Numbered from the stretch's first letter, positions 47,162 to 58,609 are shown. The stretch: 64,000 nucleotides of DNA from Bacteroidales bacterium UBA5349 (GCA_002410065.1 DHQB01000009.1:229195-293194); one strand, 5' to 3'. A program made the numbers and translations. The notes: generated from the letters alone by a model not told the origin.

Positions 47162-49669
47162 TTATTCTTTAGTTGCTGTATTATCTTCATTATTAATTGT
47201 TTCGTCTATTACTTCTATTACTTCTTCATCATCGGCGTTAACTTTTGTTACGGCGGCTATTGAGTCATCATTTCTTAGGTTTATTAGCCTAACGCCTTGT
47301 GTTGCCCTACCTGCAACCCTTACCTGCGATGCTGCAAGCCTAATTGTAAGGCCGCTTTTATTTATAATCATAAGGTCGTTATCGTCAGTAACCCCCTTAA
47401 TAGCAATTAACTTACCAGTTTTATCAGTAATATTAATTGTTTTAACTCCTTTGCCTCCCCTATTCGTGGTTCTGTAATCTTCAATATCGGAGCGCTTACC
47501 ATATCCATTCTCAGAAACCACTAAAATATCAATCTTTTCACCCTTATTTACACAAACCATGCCAACCACTTCGTCCTTAGCACTAAGCGAGATACCGCGT
47601 ACCCCCCCTCCTGTTCTTCCAATTGGCCGAACTAGGCTTTCGGGAAATTTAATGGCTTTACCATTTCGCGCAGCAAGCATAACATCACATGTTCCGGTAG
47701 TTAAACATGCCTCAAGCAATTGATCTCCATCCTTTACAGTAATCGCAATAACACCATTTTGTCTTGGTCTGCTATAGGCCTCAAGTGAGGTTTTCTTAAC
47801 AGTGCCTTTTTTTGTACACATAATGATGAAATTATTCCTCACATACTCTGGGTCAGTAAGCTTTTTCACATTAATGTATGCCTTTATTTTATCGTCAGGT
47901 TCAATGTTAACCAGATTTTGGATTGCTCTACCTTTTGATGATTTTGCTCCCTCTGGTATCTCGTAAACCTTTAACCAGAAACACTTCCCGTTTTCTGTGA
48001 AGAAAAGCATAGTGTTATGCATTGAAGCAACAAAAAGATGTTCAATAAAATCTTCATCCCGTGCGGCAGATCCTTTAGCACCTACACCTCCCCTTGCTTG
48101 AAGTCGAAATTCGGTTAGCGGAGTGCGCTTGATGTATCCGAGGTGTGATATGGTTATTACAACATCTTCATCGGCATAGAAATCCTCTGGGTTAAACTCC
48201 CCTTCATCTGGCACAATCTCAGTTCTACGCTTATCGCCATAACGCTGCTTCATGTCTAATAACTCATTCTTAATGATACTCATCTGCAACGCAACGTCTT
48301 GAAGTATGTTCTTGTAATACTCAATCATCTTTAGCAATTCTGCATGCTCATCCTTAACCTTGTCCCGTTCAAGTCCGGTAAGGCTCCTTAAGCGCATATC
48401 AATAATTGCCCTAGACTGTATATCTGACAAACCAAAGCGTTCCATCAACTTCTCCCTAGCCTCATCAGGTGTTTGAGCAGCCCGAATAATAGTAATTACC
48501 TCATCAATATTGTCAATGGCGATAAGTAACCCTTCTAAAATATGCGCACGCTTTTCTGCTTGATCCAAATCGTACTGAGTACGTCGGATTATTACTTGAT
48601 GTCTGTGGTCTACAAAATAATGAACTAAATCCTTAAGGTTTAATAAACGAGGGCGTCCGTCTACAAGGGCAATATTGTTAGTTGAGAAAGTTGATTGAAG
48701 TTGAGTTTGCTTAAACAGATTGTTTAACACAACATTAGCAACAGCCTCTTTTTTAAGAATAATAACAACTCTAGTCCCATTTCTGTCAGACTCATCATTT
48801 ATGTAACTAATGCCCTCAATCTTCTTTTCGTTAATTAAGTCAGCAATTTTTTTAATCATATCGGCCTTGTTAACCATATAGGGCGTTTCCGATACAACTA
48901 TTCTTACTCTGCCTGTTTCTGTTTGCTCTATCTCCGTTTTAGAGCGAATAACAACTCTTCCTTTCCCAGTTCTAAAGGCATCCTTTATTCCTTGAATTCC
49001 GTATATAATACCACCTGTTGGAAAATCGGGTCCTTTAACATGCTCAATCAGTTCATCTATCTCTATATCAGGATTATCAATGTAAGCGCATATTGCATCA
49101 ATCACTTCAGAGAGGTTGTGCGGTGCCATATTGGTTGCCATACCAACTGCAATACCCGATGCGCCATTTACAAGCAATAAGGGAATTTTGGTTGGAAGGA
49201 TAACCGGCTCTTCTAATGAATCGTCAAAATTGAGTCTTAAATCAACGGTGTTTTTTTCTAAATCAGCAATAACATCTTCAGAAATTTTCATTAGACGGGC
49301 TTCTGTATAACGCATTGCTGCAGGACTGTCGCCGTCAATTGAACCAAAGTTACCCTGTCCTTCAACTAGCGGATACCGTAATGACCATACCTGAGCCATT
49401 CTAACCATTGCATCGTAAACCGAGGTATCGCCGTGGGGATGGTATTTACCCAAAACTTCTCCAACAATACGAGCCGATTTTTTATAAGGTTTGCCAGGGA
49501 ATAAGCCTATCCCCAACATACCGAATAGAACCCTGCGATGAACAGGTTTAAGTCCATCCCTTACATCAGGAAGTGCTCTTGATACTATTACCGACATTGA
49601 GTAATCAATGTAGGCTGTCTTCATCTCCTCCTCAATATTAACCTTTTTAACTCTTTGATTTTCAAACAT
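47162..49669 (-). CDS. gyrA: DNA gyrase subunit A
   Basis: [40 protein letters not shown] (active-site Tyr), and C-terminal beta-pinwheel repeats. Confidence 0.96.
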   Translation of the reverse strand: MFENQRVKKVNIEEEMKTAYIDYSMSVIVSRALPDVRDGLKPVHRRVLFGMLGIGLFPGKPYKKSARIVGEVLGKYHPHGDTSVYDAMVRMAQVWSLRYPLVEGQGNFGSIDGDSPAAMRYTEARLMKISEDVIADLEKNTVDLRLNFDDSLEEPVILPTKIPLLLVNGASGIAVGMATNMAPHNLSEVIDAICAYIDNPDIEIDELIEHVKGPDFPTGGIIYGIQGIKDAFRTGKGRVVIRSKTEIEQTETGRVRIVVSETPYMVNKADMIKKIADLINEKKIEGISYINDESDRNGTRVVIILKKEAVANVVLNNLFKQTQLQSTFSTNNIALVDGRPRLLNLKDLVHYFVDHRHQVIIRRTQYDLDQAEKRAHILEGLLIAIDNIDEVITIIRAAQTPDEAREKLMERFGLSDIQSRAIIDMRLRSLTGLERDKVKDEHAELLKMIEYYKNILQDVALQMSIIKNELLDMKQRYGDKRRTEIVPDEGEFNPEDFYADEDVVITISHLGYIKRTPLTEFRLQARGGVGAKGSAARDEDFIEHLFVASMHNTMLFFTENGKCFWLKVYEIPEGAKSSKGRAIQNLVNIEPDDKIKAYINVKKLTDPEYVRNNFIIMCTKKGTVKKTSLEAYSRPRQNGVIAITVKDGDQLLEACLTTGTCDVMLAARNGKAIKFPESLVRPIGRTGGGVRGISLSAKDEVVGMVCVNKGEKIDILVVSENGYGKRSDIEDYRTTNRGGKGVKTINITDKTGKLIAIKGVTDDNDLMIINKSGLTIRLAASQVRVAGRATQGVRLINLRNDDSIAAVTKVNADDEEVIEVIDETINNEDNTATKE

Positions 49670-49920
49670 CTATGCAAATATTATTTATTAGCAAAACTGT
49701 ATCTTTTAATCAAGATATCCTTGAACAAACAACTCGCTAAAATACCAATTTATTAGCACATTTCTAAACGAAAACAGAGTATTTATCAACATATTTATTT
49801 GAATAGCCAAAGCACCATTAAAATTATTTTTAAAGCCTCAATAATTGCATTAATAGGCAACAATGAGTTGTTATTTCTGTTATTCTATATTACTTTAGTA
49901 ACGAAAAATTAACGATATTT

Positions 49921-52455
49921 ATGGAGTACAAATATTCAAATAAGATAAAAGAAGTACTTAATTATAGTCGCGAAGAGGCTGTTCGCTTAGGCAATCCTAC
50001 AATTAGGACTGAACACCTTTTTCTAGGTATACTTCGGGATGGAGAGGGTGCAGCAATTAATATCCTTTTAGAGTTAGGACTAGATCTGGCTGAAACAAAG
50101 AAGGTTATTGAATCTAAAATTCGGAGTTCAGTTAAAAGCCCCGACCCAATTGACCCCGATAGCATACCTTTAATTAAAGATGCCGAAAGAGTGCTTAAAT
50201 TGGTAACACTTGTTGCCCGCGAACTTAAAAATGATACCATTGGTACTATTCATCTTTTATTGGCCATTCTAAAGGATGAGAATAGTATTGTAACCCAGAT
50301 ATTAGGCGATAATAACATAGATTATTTTACCGTGAAAGCTGAATTGAAACCCGAAATTATCGAGGCAAAAGCCGACTTTTCCGATGAGGATGATGAGCAC
50401 TCCTTTGGGGCGCAACGTGGACCACAGCAAACTCCTGGAAAACCAACAAGTGACACCCCTGTGCTAGACAACTTTGGTATAGATTTAACCAAAGCAGCCG
50501 AGGAAAATAGACTTGATCCGATTGTAGGACGTGAACGTGAAATTGAGCGTATCGCTCAAATTTTAAGTCGCAGGAAAAAGAACAATCCAATCCTTATAGG
50601 TGAACCAGGCGTTGGAAAATCAGCCATTGCAGAGGGTTTGGCTCTAAGAATATCCAAACGAAAAGTATCTAGGATCCTTTTTAACAAAAGGGTGGTTACC
50701 CTAGATTTAGCCTCTATTGTTGCGGGCACTAAGTACCGAGGACAGTTTGAAGAACGGATGAAAGCAATTCTTAACGAGCTTTCAAAAACCAATGATGTTA
50801 TTCTGTTCATTGATGAAATCCATACCATTGTTGGTGCTGGAGGTGCAACCGGATCTCTTGATGCAGCAAATATGCTTAAACCTGCGCTGGCTAGAGGTGA
50901 ATTGCAGTGCATTGGGGCAACAACCCTTGATGAATATCGTGAACATATTGAGAAGGATGGAGCACTCGAGAGGCGGTTCCAAAAAGTAATGGTAGAGCCT
51001 ACATCTCCTGAAGAAACCATTGAGATACTTAACAAGATTAAAGAGCGTTACGAGGACCATCATAATGTTACCTATACGCCTGAAGCAATTGAAGCATGCG
51101 TAAAACTAACTATGCGATATATATCGGATAGACACCTTCCTGATAAAGCCATTGATGCACTTGATGAGTCAGGCTCAAGGGTTCATATTTCAAACATAAA
51201 GGTACCAGAAAAAATACTAACGCTCGAAAAGCAAATTGAGGAAGCAAAAGTTGAAAAACTTAAAGCCGTAAAGAATCAGGATTTTGAATCTGCGGCTAGC
51301 TTTAGGGATAGGGAGAAGCAATTTCTTGAGCAACTCGAAAAGGAACAACAACGCTGGGAGCGTGAACTTGTTAAGCACAGAGAAATTGTTGATGATGAAA
51401 AAGTAGCCGAAGTTGTTGCGATGATGACGGGAGTTCCTGTTCAGCGAATTGCACAGGCAGAAGGCACTCGTCTGCTTAAAATGGCTGAAGAAATCAAAGG
51501 ATCAATAATTGGCCAGGATGAAGCAATTAGCAAAATTGTAAAATCAATACAGCGCAATAGAGCAGGGCTAAAAGATCCCAATAAACCCATTGGAACATTT
51601 GTATTCCTTGGGCCTACTGGTGTTGGCAAAACTCAGTTGGCTAAAGTATTGGCAAAATATCTTTTCGATACAACTGATAATCTTATCAGGATTGATATGA
51701 GTGAATATATGGAAAAATTCTCCGTATCAAGATTAATTGGAGCACCTCCAGGGTATGTTGGTTACGAAGAGGGTGGACAACTTACCGAAAAGGTAAGGCG
51801 TAGACCCTACTCCATAGTTCTTTTAGATGAGGTAGAAAAAGCGCATCCAGATGTATTCCACATTCTGCTTCAAGTGCTTGATGAGGGGCAACTTACAGAC
51901 AGTCTAGGGAGAAGAGTTGACTTTAAGAATACCGTTATAATAATGACTTCGAATATAGGCACTAGAGAGCTTAAAGACTTTGGTAGTGGCGTTGGATTTA
52001 AATCTCCAAGTAGCGAATCATCTCCAAACGATTATGCAAGAAGTGTAATACAAAAAGCACTTAAAAAAGCTTTTGCACCTGAATTCCTTAATCGCATAGA
52101 CGATATTGTAATGTTCAACTCGTTGACCCGAGATCATATCCATAAGATCATCGATATTGAGCTTAAGGGACTGTTTGAAAGGATTCATAATCTGGGATAT
52201 AATATTCAGCTATCCAGTGCTGCTAAAGATTTTGTTGCAGAAAAAGGTTACGATATCCAGTATGGTGCACGCCCACTTAAACGTGCAATACAAAAGCATC
52301 TTGAGGATGCTATGGCTGAGGTAATTATTAAAAGTGAAATTCAGGTGGGTGACACAATATTGGTTGGTTATAGTAAAAAGAGTGATGAGATAACCATTAA
52401 GATAAAGAAGAAAGGGGAAAAAGAAGAGGTTAGCCCCAATATAGATAATGCATAA
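49921..52455 (+). CDS. clpC: ATP-dependent Clp protease ATP-binding subunit ClpC-type (Clp_N, two AAA+ modules, UVR motif)
   Basis: Clp_N repeats, Walker A motifs GEPGVGKSA and GPTGVGKTQ, a UVR-like linker (NQDFESAASFRDRE), and GARPLKRAIQ. Confidence 0.9.
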   Translation: MEYKYSNKIKEVLNYSREEAVRLGNPTIRTEHLFLGILRDGEGAAINILLELGLDLAETKKVIESKIRSSVKSPDPIDPDSIPLIKDAERVLKLVTLVARELKNDTIGTIHLLLAILKDENSIVTQILGDNNIDYFTVKAELKPEIIEAKADFSDEDDEHSFGAQRGPQQTPGKPTSDTPVLDNFGIDLTKAAEENRLDPIVGREREIERIAQILSRRKKNNPILIGEPGVGKSAIAEGLALRISKRKVSRILFNKRVVTLDLASIVAGTKYRGQFEERMKAILNELSKTNDVILFIDEIHTIVGAGGATGSLDAANMLKPALARGELQCIGATTLDEYREHIEKDGALERRFQKVMVEPTSPEETIEILNKIKERYEDHHNVTYTPEAIEACVKLTMRYISDRHLPDKAIDALDESGSRVHISNIKVPEKILTLEKQIEEAKVEKLKAVKNQDFESAASFRDREKQFLEQLEKEQQRWERELVKHREIVDDEKVAEVVAMMTGVPVQRIAQAEGTRLLKMAEEIKGSIIGQDEAISKIVKSIQRNRAGLKDPNKPIGTFVFLGPTGVGKTQLAKVLAKYLFDTTDNLIRIDMSEYMEKFSVSRLIGAPPGYVGYEEGGQLTEKVRRRPYSIVLLDEVEKAHPDVFHILLQVLDEGQLTDSLGRRVDFKNTVIIMTSNIGTRELKDFGSGVGFKSPSSESSPNDYARSVIQKALKKAFAPEFLNRIDDIVMFNSLTRDHIHKIIDIELKGLFERIHNLGYNIQLSSAAKDFVAEKGYDIQYGARPLKRAIQKHLEDAMAEVIIKSEIQVGDTILVGYSKKSDEITIKIKKKGEKEEVSPNIDNA

Positions 52456-52460
52456 TCATT

Positions 52461-52488
52461 AAACGCCCCAACTTTGGGGCGTTTTTAT
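52461..52488 (+). terminator. Rho-independent terminator after clpC
   Basis: AAACGCCCCA-actt-TGGGGCGTTT followed by TTAT. Confidence 0.8.
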
Positions 52489-52590
52489 TATTAACTGTTT
52501 GTGTATTTAAACTCAACCTATCTCTAAACAAAACTATTCTTATTCTGTTACATCCTTTTAAACAACTATAAACAAAAACACAATTTAACC

Positions 52591-53100
52591 ATGAGCAATA
52601 ACAAAATCACTTTTGGAGGAAACCCTGTAAGTATGAATGGAAAACTAGTACAGGTAGGCGATAAAGCAAAAAACTTCACTGTACTTGATGGTTCGCTCCA
52701 ACCAACGACTTTAGATAAGTTTGAAGGTAAAATAAAACTCTTATCCATATTTCCATCAATTGACACAGGCGTATGCTCGATTCAAACCAAAAAATTTAAC
52801 GAAAAAGCTGCAAAGTTTGGTGATAAGGTTGCATTTATTGCACTATCAGCTGATTTACCCTTTGCCCTTAAGCGATTTTGTGGTGCTGAAGGTATCGATA
52901 ACTTAACTCCATTGTCCGACCACAAGGATATGGACTTTGGAAATAAGTATGGGTTTCACATCAACGAGTTAAGACTTTTGACCAGAGGAGTAATAATTAT
53001 TGATCAACAGAATGTTGTTCAGTATGTTGAAGTTGTTTCCGAAATTGGTAACGAACCAAACTATGAGGCTGCAATAGCTAAACTAAACAAAATGATTTAA
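52591..53100 (+). CDS. tpx: Thiol peroxidase
   Basis: Tpx-type motif FPSIDTGVCSIQTKKFNE with the second Cys in ALKRFCGAEG; 169 aa. Confidence 0.9.
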   Translation: MSNNKITFGGNPVSMNGKLVQVGDKAKNFTVLDGSLQPTTLDKFEGKIKLLSIFPSIDTGVCSIQTKKFNEKAAKFGDKVAFIALSADLPFALKRFCGAEGIDNLTPLSDHKDMDFGNKYGFHINELRLLTRGVIIIDQQNVVQYVEVVSEIGNEPNYEAAIAKLNKMI

Positions 53101-53125
53101 TAGTAATTTCCTAATCATATTATAG

Positions 53126-53152
53126 AAGGGAGCTGAGAGAGCTCCCTTTTTA
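53126..53152 (+). terminator. Terminator between convergent tpx and rimO
   Basis: GGGAGC-tgagaga-GCTCCC followed by TTTTT. Confidence 0.7.
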
Positions 53153-53154
53153 TT

Positions 53155-54456
53155 TTAAACTACTTCTCCATAAAGATCGTACTCCTCAGCTCGGACTATT
53201 TTACAGGTTATTATTTCGCCCTCCACAATTTCAGTATTTTCAATAATGTCGATTAGTACCTCTTGATCAACCTCTGGCGAATCGAACTGTGTACGTCCAA
53301 TTGCCCAATCACCTTCAAATCTGTCTATTATTACTTCGTATACCTTACCAATTCGCTCATTATTCTTGGCTAACGATATCCCTCTTTGTGTTTCCATTAC
53401 ACGATCGACCCTACTTTGTTTTTCTGCCTCAGTAATTGCATCATCTAATTTAGCCGATGCTGTTCCCTCCTCCTCAGAGTAACTAAAAACCCCCAATCTG
53501 TCAAATTTTACCTCTTTAACAAATTCGACTAGCTCTTCAAAATCTGATTCAGTTTCGCCGGGATGGCCAACGAGCAATGTTGTTCTAATTGCAACATCGG
53601 ACACTAATTTTCTAATCTTTGCAATAAGGTCCAGGGTCTCATTCCTGCTAATACCCCTTTTCATCTCCTTTAGCACGTTAGTGCTAATATGCTGAAATGG
53701 AATATCAATATACTTGCAAATCTTCGGGTTTAAAGCCATTTCAACAAGCAAATCCTCGGGGAATTGCGCTGGATAGGCATAGTGTATCCTAACCCATGAT
53801 AGACCCTCAATCCTGCTTATTTCCCTTACTAATTGGGTTATTCGCCTCTCTCCGTACAAGTCTTTTCCATAAAAAGTAGAATCTTGCCCTATAAGTATCA
53901 ACTCCTTAACACCATCCTTAACAAGTTCCTTCGCCTGCTCAATAATCTCATTTATTGGCTTTGATACATGCTTACCTCTAATTAAAGGGATGGCACAAAA
54001 ACTACATCCCCAGTTGCAACCCTCTGATATTTTGAGGTATGCATAGTGTTTAGGAGTTGTAATATATCGCTTATTTGCATTTTCAGTAGAGAAGTTAACA
54101 TTTAGTTCACTAAGAATATCCTGTAGCTGATTGACCCCAAAGAAACCATCAACCTCTGGAATCTCCTTTTGCAAATCATTCTTATATCGTTGGGATAAGC
54201 ACCCCATAACATAAACCCTATCAATTAGTCCTTTACGCTTGGCTTCAGAGTATGACAGTATAGTATTAATTGATTCTTCCTTTGCATCTGCAATAAAGCC
54301 ACAAGTATTGATCACTACTGTTCGGGCTGATAAATCGTTGGAATCATTCTGCACACTCCATCCAGCAGCATTTAATTGCTTGAGTAAATATTCAGAATCA
54401 ACAAGATTTTTTGAACATCCGAGTGTAACCACGTTTATCTTCTTCACTTCTCTCAT
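53155..54456 (-). CDS. rimO: Ribosomal protein S12 methylthiotransferase
   Basis: MTTase N-domain (TLGCSKNLVDSE, INTCGF), radical-SAM CNWGCSFC, and a C-terminal TRAM domain. Confidence 0.9.
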   Translation of the reverse strand: MREVKKINVVTLGCSKNLVDSEYLLKQLNAAGWSVQNDSNDLSARTVVINTCGFIADAKEESINTILSYSEAKRKGLIDRVYVMGCLSQRYKNDLQKEIPEVDGFFGVNQLQDILSELNVNFSTENANKRYITTPKHYAYLKISEGCNWGCSFCAIPLIRGKHVSKPINEIIEQAKELVKDGVKELILIGQDSTFYGKDLYGERRITQLVREISRIEGLSWVRIHYAYPAQFPEDLLVEMALNPKICKYIDIPFQHISTNVLKEMKRGISRNETLDLIAKIRKLVSDVAIRTTLLVGHPGETESDFEELVEFVKEVKFDRLGVFSYSEEEGTASAKLDDAITEAEKQSRVDRVMETQRGISLAKNNERIGKVYEVIIDRFEGDWAIGRTQFDSPEVDQEVLIDIIENTEIVEGEIITCKIVRAEEYDLYGEVV

Positions 54457-54583
54457 TTCAATAATTATTAATTAGCTCCTAATTAAGGGTGCAAAGTTAG
54501 CAAAGGCAAAAAATTTAGCGATATTTACCTATTCAATTCTTTCATAATTACAGAACAAACTCTATTAATTAACTTTTACCATA

Positions 54584-56089
54584 ATGCTTTCAGAGAAGGA
54601 TATTATACAACTAGAGGGGCTTGGAATGCTAACTGATCAGATTTATAGGCAGATAGATAATTTCAAGGTTGGCTTCCCTCCCATTGATCTTGTTAAGCCT
54701 GCAACGGTAAATGATGGAATTATTAAGCTTGAATGTTATGAGGTTGATGATTTGATAGAGATTTACAAGAGTTACGAAGGTGTTCGTTTAAAGTTTGTTC
54801 CTGCATCCGGTGCAGCAACTCGTATGTTTGAAGCGCTGATTAAATATACTACTACAGGGGAAAATAATGCATCTGTTGAGGAGTTTGTTTTAAACCTATG
54901 CAAATTTCCATTCTATAATGATCTAAAAGAAGAGTTGAGTAAAAAAGGCTTATCTCCTAACGAACTGATTCAACAAGAAAATTTTAAACCTATAATTGAT
55001 GCATTGCTTGATGCAAATGGCCTCAATTATGGCTCACTCCCAAAAGGGCTTATCAAGTTTCATAGGTATAATGACTATGCACGCACTGCATTTGAAGAGC
55101 AGTTAATTGAAGGTACCCAGTATGCCAGAATGCCTAATAACGAAGTTAGCATCCATTTAACTGTTTCGCCTGAACATTTGGATAATTTCAAGGGAATTTT
55201 GAACTCTATATCACCTGAAATTTGCAAAGAGTATGATGTTAAGCTTAACGTCACCTTTTCGGAACAGAATAAGTGCACAGATACCATTGCTGTTGACAAT
55301 AGCAATATACCAATTAGGGATTCTGAAGGAAATTTGCTGTTCCGCCCTGGCGGACACGGTGCTTTAATCCAAAATTTAAACAAGCTATCAGGTGATATCA
55401 TCTTTATTAAGAACATTGATAATGTTGTGCCCGATAGGCTTAAACCCCAAACTGTTCTCTATAAAAAGGCTCTTGCGGGGCTTCTTATTAGCTATCAAAG
55501 CATCATTTTCGATTATTTAAGCCTTTTACAAAGTGATGGTATTGGAATTGAGCAGCTTAATGAAATTCTTGACTTTACAATCAACGAACTTTGTATACTT
55601 CCCCCATCAGGCTTTGAAGTAAGCAGCACCTCAGCTCTAAAAACTTATCTGCATGAAAAGCTGAACCGTCCGCTTAGAGTTTGTGGAATGGTTAAAAACG
55701 AGGGAGAGCCAGGTGGTGGTCCATTTTGGGTAACAAATAGCGATGGTACCATATCGCTTCAAATTATTGAATCATCGCAAGTTGATAAAAATAATACTAA
55801 CCAAAAAGAGATCTTTGGCGCATCAACACATTTTAATCCTGTTGATTTAATTTGTGCAACCAAAGATGTTGATGGTCAGAAATTTGATCTTCTAAACTAC
55901 ACAGATCCAGCAACTGGATTTATTACAACTAAAAGCAAAGATGGCAGGGAGATGAAGGTTCAGGAACTTCCTGGCCTATGGAATGGTGCAATGGCCTATT
56001 GGAATACTATTTTTGTTGAAGTTCCCTTAGCCACATTTAATCCTGTAAAAACGGTGTTAGATTTACTTCGCGATCAGCATCGGGAGTAG
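54584..56089 (+). CDS. DUF4301-type protein (possible distant UDPGP-like nucleotidyltransferase)
   Basis: 501 aa. PASGAATRMF, RPGGHGALI and NEGEPGGGPFW resemble UTP-sugar pyrophosphorylase-family loops. The family name is from memory. Confidence 0.55.
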   Translation: MLSEKDIIQLEGLGMLTDQIYRQIDNFKVGFPPIDLVKPATVNDGIIKLECYEVDDLIEIYKSYEGVRLKFVPASGAATRMFEALIKYTTTGENNASVEEFVLNLCKFPFYNDLKEELSKKGLSPNELIQQENFKPIIDALLDANGLNYGSLPKGLIKFHRYNDYARTAFEEQLIEGTQYARMPNNEVSIHLTVSPEHLDNFKGILNSISPEICKEYDVKLNVTFSEQNKCTDTIAVDNSNIPIRDSEGNLLFRPGGHGALIQNLNKLSGDIIFIKNIDNVVPDRLKPQTVLYKKALAGLLISYQSIIFDYLSLLQSDGIGIEQLNEILDFTINELCILPPSGFEVSSTSALKTYLHEKLNRPLRVCGMVKNEGEPGGGPFWVTNSDGTISLQIIESSQVDKNNTNQKEIFGASTHFNPVDLICATKDVDGQKFDLLNYTDPATGFITTKSKDGREMKVQELPGLWNGAMAYWNTIFVEVPLATFNPVKTVLDLLRDQHRE

Positions 56090-56105
56090 TTCTAGTGTAT
56101 CAAGG

Positions 56106-56696
56106 CTATTTCCCCTTACGCCAGTGTTTAAACGGATTGAGTTTGCTGATTGGGGATTTTGATGGGAATATCCCAGAGCTAACCTTACGAACATCCTCAA
56201 TAGAGAAAAATGCTTTTGGGTTAAACTGTTCTATTACAGCCATAACGTCTGGCAAGTTATTACGCTTAACAATTGAGTATATTAAATGAACCTTCCCTAC
56301 GCTTCCTTCACCCTCAACCATAGTAGCTCCATAACCTTTCTCATTTAGTTTCTTTACCAAAAGATTCCCGTCCTTTGATGCAATAATTCTTATTACCAGA
56401 CTACCCATTGCCAAATGCTCCTCTAGCCTCATGCCTACCCAATTGCCAGTAGCAAAACCAGCAGCATAGGCAAAATAGCAAGCAAAATTATTAAGATTGC
56501 TCATTATCTGCCCAATGGCAATTATCCATATAAATACTTCAAAGAAGCCTAATATTGGAGCGATTATTCTCTCTCCTTTTGAGACAAAGATAATCCTCAT
56601 TGTCCCTATTGTAACGTCAATAATACGTGCTAAAAAAATTAGCAAAGGCAACACGAAAAATAAATACAGGTTGCTCTCGAGAAATAATGGATCCAT
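56106..56696 (-). CDS. UPF0316/DUF2179 membrane protein
   Basis: Three N-terminal TM helices (ARIIDVTIGTMRIIFVSKG) and a C-terminal DUF2179-like domain (YGATMVEGEGSVG). Confidence 0.7.
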   Translation of the reverse strand: MDPLFLESNLYLFFVLPLLIFLARIIDVTIGTMRIIFVSKGERIIAPILGFFEVFIWIIAIGQIMSNLNNFACYFAYAAGFATGNWVGMRLEEHLAMGSLVIRIIASKDGNLLVKKLNEKGYGATMVEGEGSVGKVHLIYSIVKRNNLPDVMAVIEQFNPKAFFSIEDVRKVSSGIFPSKSPISKLNPFKHWRKGK

Positions 56697-56785
56697 TTTG
56701 AATGTTTTTTAGGGATGCAAATCTATGGAATCTTCTATAGATAACAATTCTTACAATTATAATTAAAATAGTTATTTAAAGCAAT

Positions 56786-57292
56786 TTATTCGTTAATCTT
56801 ATCCAAAGCATCCAAGCCATCAATTTTCATTGATTGAGAGATTTTCGCAATCTGCTTTAAATCAATGCTTTTGCCCTGAATAGATATTAGTACGTTATCA
56901 TTACCCCCTCCAATGAGCAAAAGTTCGACAATCTTTCCTTGCACATCTTTTACCAAAAAAGTTAGATGTTCATCCTTCTCCTTAATAACCATGAGTTCCT
57001 TATAATCCTTTTTGGGGAGTTCTTTCATTATCTCGTCATAAAAATTAACACCTTGCTTTGGGTTATCAGTGGCCAAAATCTTAATGCTTGACAAGCCGTT
57101 CAGGGCATTGTTAAAATCCTTGTCCTCACTATCCATTGAAGAGAATAGAGAAAACATGTACTCAGATATGTAAACTGAGGTGTAGCCTTCTTTCCCTGAA
57201 TATTTCTCAAAAAGTTTATCCACAGGAGAGTTCTGTCCCCACAGCATGCTCGAGAATGCGAGCATAGAAAGTAGAATAAAAATCCTTTTCAT
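56786..57292 (-). CDS. DUF4252-type secreted protein
   Basis: A signal peptide followed by DKLFEKYSGKEGYTSVYISEYMFSL. It is a paralogue of 58610..59119. Confidence 0.7.
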   Translation of the reverse strand: MKRIFILLSMLAFSSMLWGQNSPVDKLFEKYSGKEGYTSVYISEYMFSLFSSMDSEDKDFNNALNGLSSIKILATDNPKQGVNFYDEIMKELPKKDYKELMVIKEKDEHLTFLVKDVQGKIVELLLIGGGNDNVLISIQGKSIDLKQIAKISQSMKIDGLDALDKINE

Positions 57293-57348
57293 ATTATTAA
57301 CTGTTTAGTTTTTTCTTAATTCTATGTTGTTTAATGATTACTCATATT

Positions 57349-57939
57349 CTAGTCCTCAGCACTTAATTTACCATTAATGTAAACAACCTCAGTCTTTCCT
57401 ATACTTTCGACCATATTAAGGTAAGAGATATTTTTGGAAAGCCTGTCGAAAGTTTTAAAAGATTTTTGAGGGGTTTGTAAGTGACTTAAAGGCTCTAACT
57501 CATCTTTTGCTCGGTTTATTTTTGAACCAATAAGTGCCAATACTCGTTGCGTTTCCAGTAGGGCCAATTGTGGATCATCGTAAGTATCAACAAGCAAACT
57601 TGTATTGCTTTTTGCTGTAAAGAAGAGCGTAAACCCTATTGCTAGAGCAATTGTAGCAGCAGAAGATAAAACTGCAGCCATACGAGCATACTTTTTTCTG
57701 TGTTTCGTGTCGGATTGTTGCCATTTATCAACTTCAGATTGAATGGACTCAATAATAAGATTATCATCAACTTTAGGTTGTTCAGATAACATTCGCATCA
57801 AGTCCTTGTCAACTGTTGTATCCGTGGAAACATCAAAGTCTTCTTGCTCAGTAAAAAGTTGCTTAAGTAAAGCCTCTTCTTCCAATGAGGTTTCACCGTT
57901 ATAGTACTTTTCAAGCAAAATTTTAGTTTTGTTATCCAT
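57349..57939 (-). CDS. Single-pass membrane protein, probable anti-sigma factor partner
   Basis: It starts 4 nt after the ECF sigma gene stop, with N-terminus LLEKYYNGETSLEEEALL and one TM helix (AAVLSSAATIALAIGFTLFF). Confidence 0.55.
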   Translation of the reverse strand: MDNKTKILLEKYYNGETSLEEEALLKQLFTEQEDFDVSTDTTVDKDLMRMLSEQPKVDDNLIIESIQSEVDKWQQSDTKHRKKYARMAAVLSSAATIALAIGFTLFFTAKSNTSLLVDTYDDPQLALLETQRVLALIGSKINRAKDELEPLSHLQTPQKSFKTFDRLSKNISYLNMVESIGKTEVVYINGKLSAED

Positions 57940-57943
57940 AAAA

Positions 57944-58453
57944 TTATTTAGTATTAACTTTCATTTTGGTTACAACGTACTCCTTAATGCCTTTTCTTGC
58001 TCTCGACAGATTAACCCTAACATTCTCTGATGTTAAGCCTAGTTCTATCGCAATATCCTTAAATTCCATTTGCTCAATATCCCTCATCGTAAATATCTTT
58101 TGGTGCATTTCACTTAATGATGCCAATGCTTCTCTAACCAATATTAACCTATCATCAACATCTTCATAACTAGAACTATCATTGTCTGAATATTCATAAA
58201 CAACGCTTTGCTCAATTGGCAAGGTGCTTTTGCGTAATCTAATCCTATCTATGCATGTGTTGCGCGTAATGGTTTTAGTGTAAGCTTCAATGCTTTTAAT
58301 GACCGCTAAACCCTTACGATTAACCCAAAGTTTATGGAACACATCCTGTACACAATCTTTGGCCTCATCTGAATCTCCCAAAAGTTTATAACAAATGCTG
58401 TACAATAAAGGGCTTAAAGGAATTATTTTTTCTTTAAAAAAATGCTCATCCAT
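57944..58453 (-). CDS. ECF-type RNA polymerase sigma-70 factor
   Basis: Region 2 (DEAKDCVQDVFHKLW, YTKTITRNTCIDRIR) and region 4 (IFTMRDIEQMEFKDIAIELGLTSENVRVNLSRARK). The start is set at MDEHFF (58453). The 58600 start adds a non-homologous extension. Confidence 0.85.
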   Translation of the reverse strand: MDEHFFKEKIIPLSPLLYSICYKLLGDSDEAKDCVQDVFHKLWVNRKGLAVIKSIEAYTKTITRNTCIDRIRLRKSTLPIEQSVVYEYSDNDSSSYEDVDDRLILVREALASLSEMHQKIFTMRDIEQMEFKDIAIELGLTSENVRVNLSRARKGIKEYVVTKMKVNTK

Positions 58454-58609
58454 TAGCTTACTTGCCAAATTTAAACCTGTTTTTCTTGAAGCAGTATTAA
58501 CCCTACGCAAAAAGATATTATTATTTGCATTGATTTTTTTACAGCCATCATGTTTTGTTTGTGCACCCCTAAAACAAATTACTGTTTTAGGAGTGCACAA
58601 ATATTTCTC

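Noticed and set aside
50556-51035. 159-aa minus-strand ORF (and neighbours at 50357..50590 and 50782..51063)
   Set aside because: These lie inside clpC, whose AAA+ motifs fix the real frame. They are antisense artefacts.
58454-58600. 49-aa Cys/Lys/Asn-rich N-terminal extension of the ECF sigma ORF
   Set aside because: It shows no homology to sigma region 1/2 and would leave only 9 nt to the upstream gene. The Met at 58453 gives a normal ~169-aa ECF sigma.
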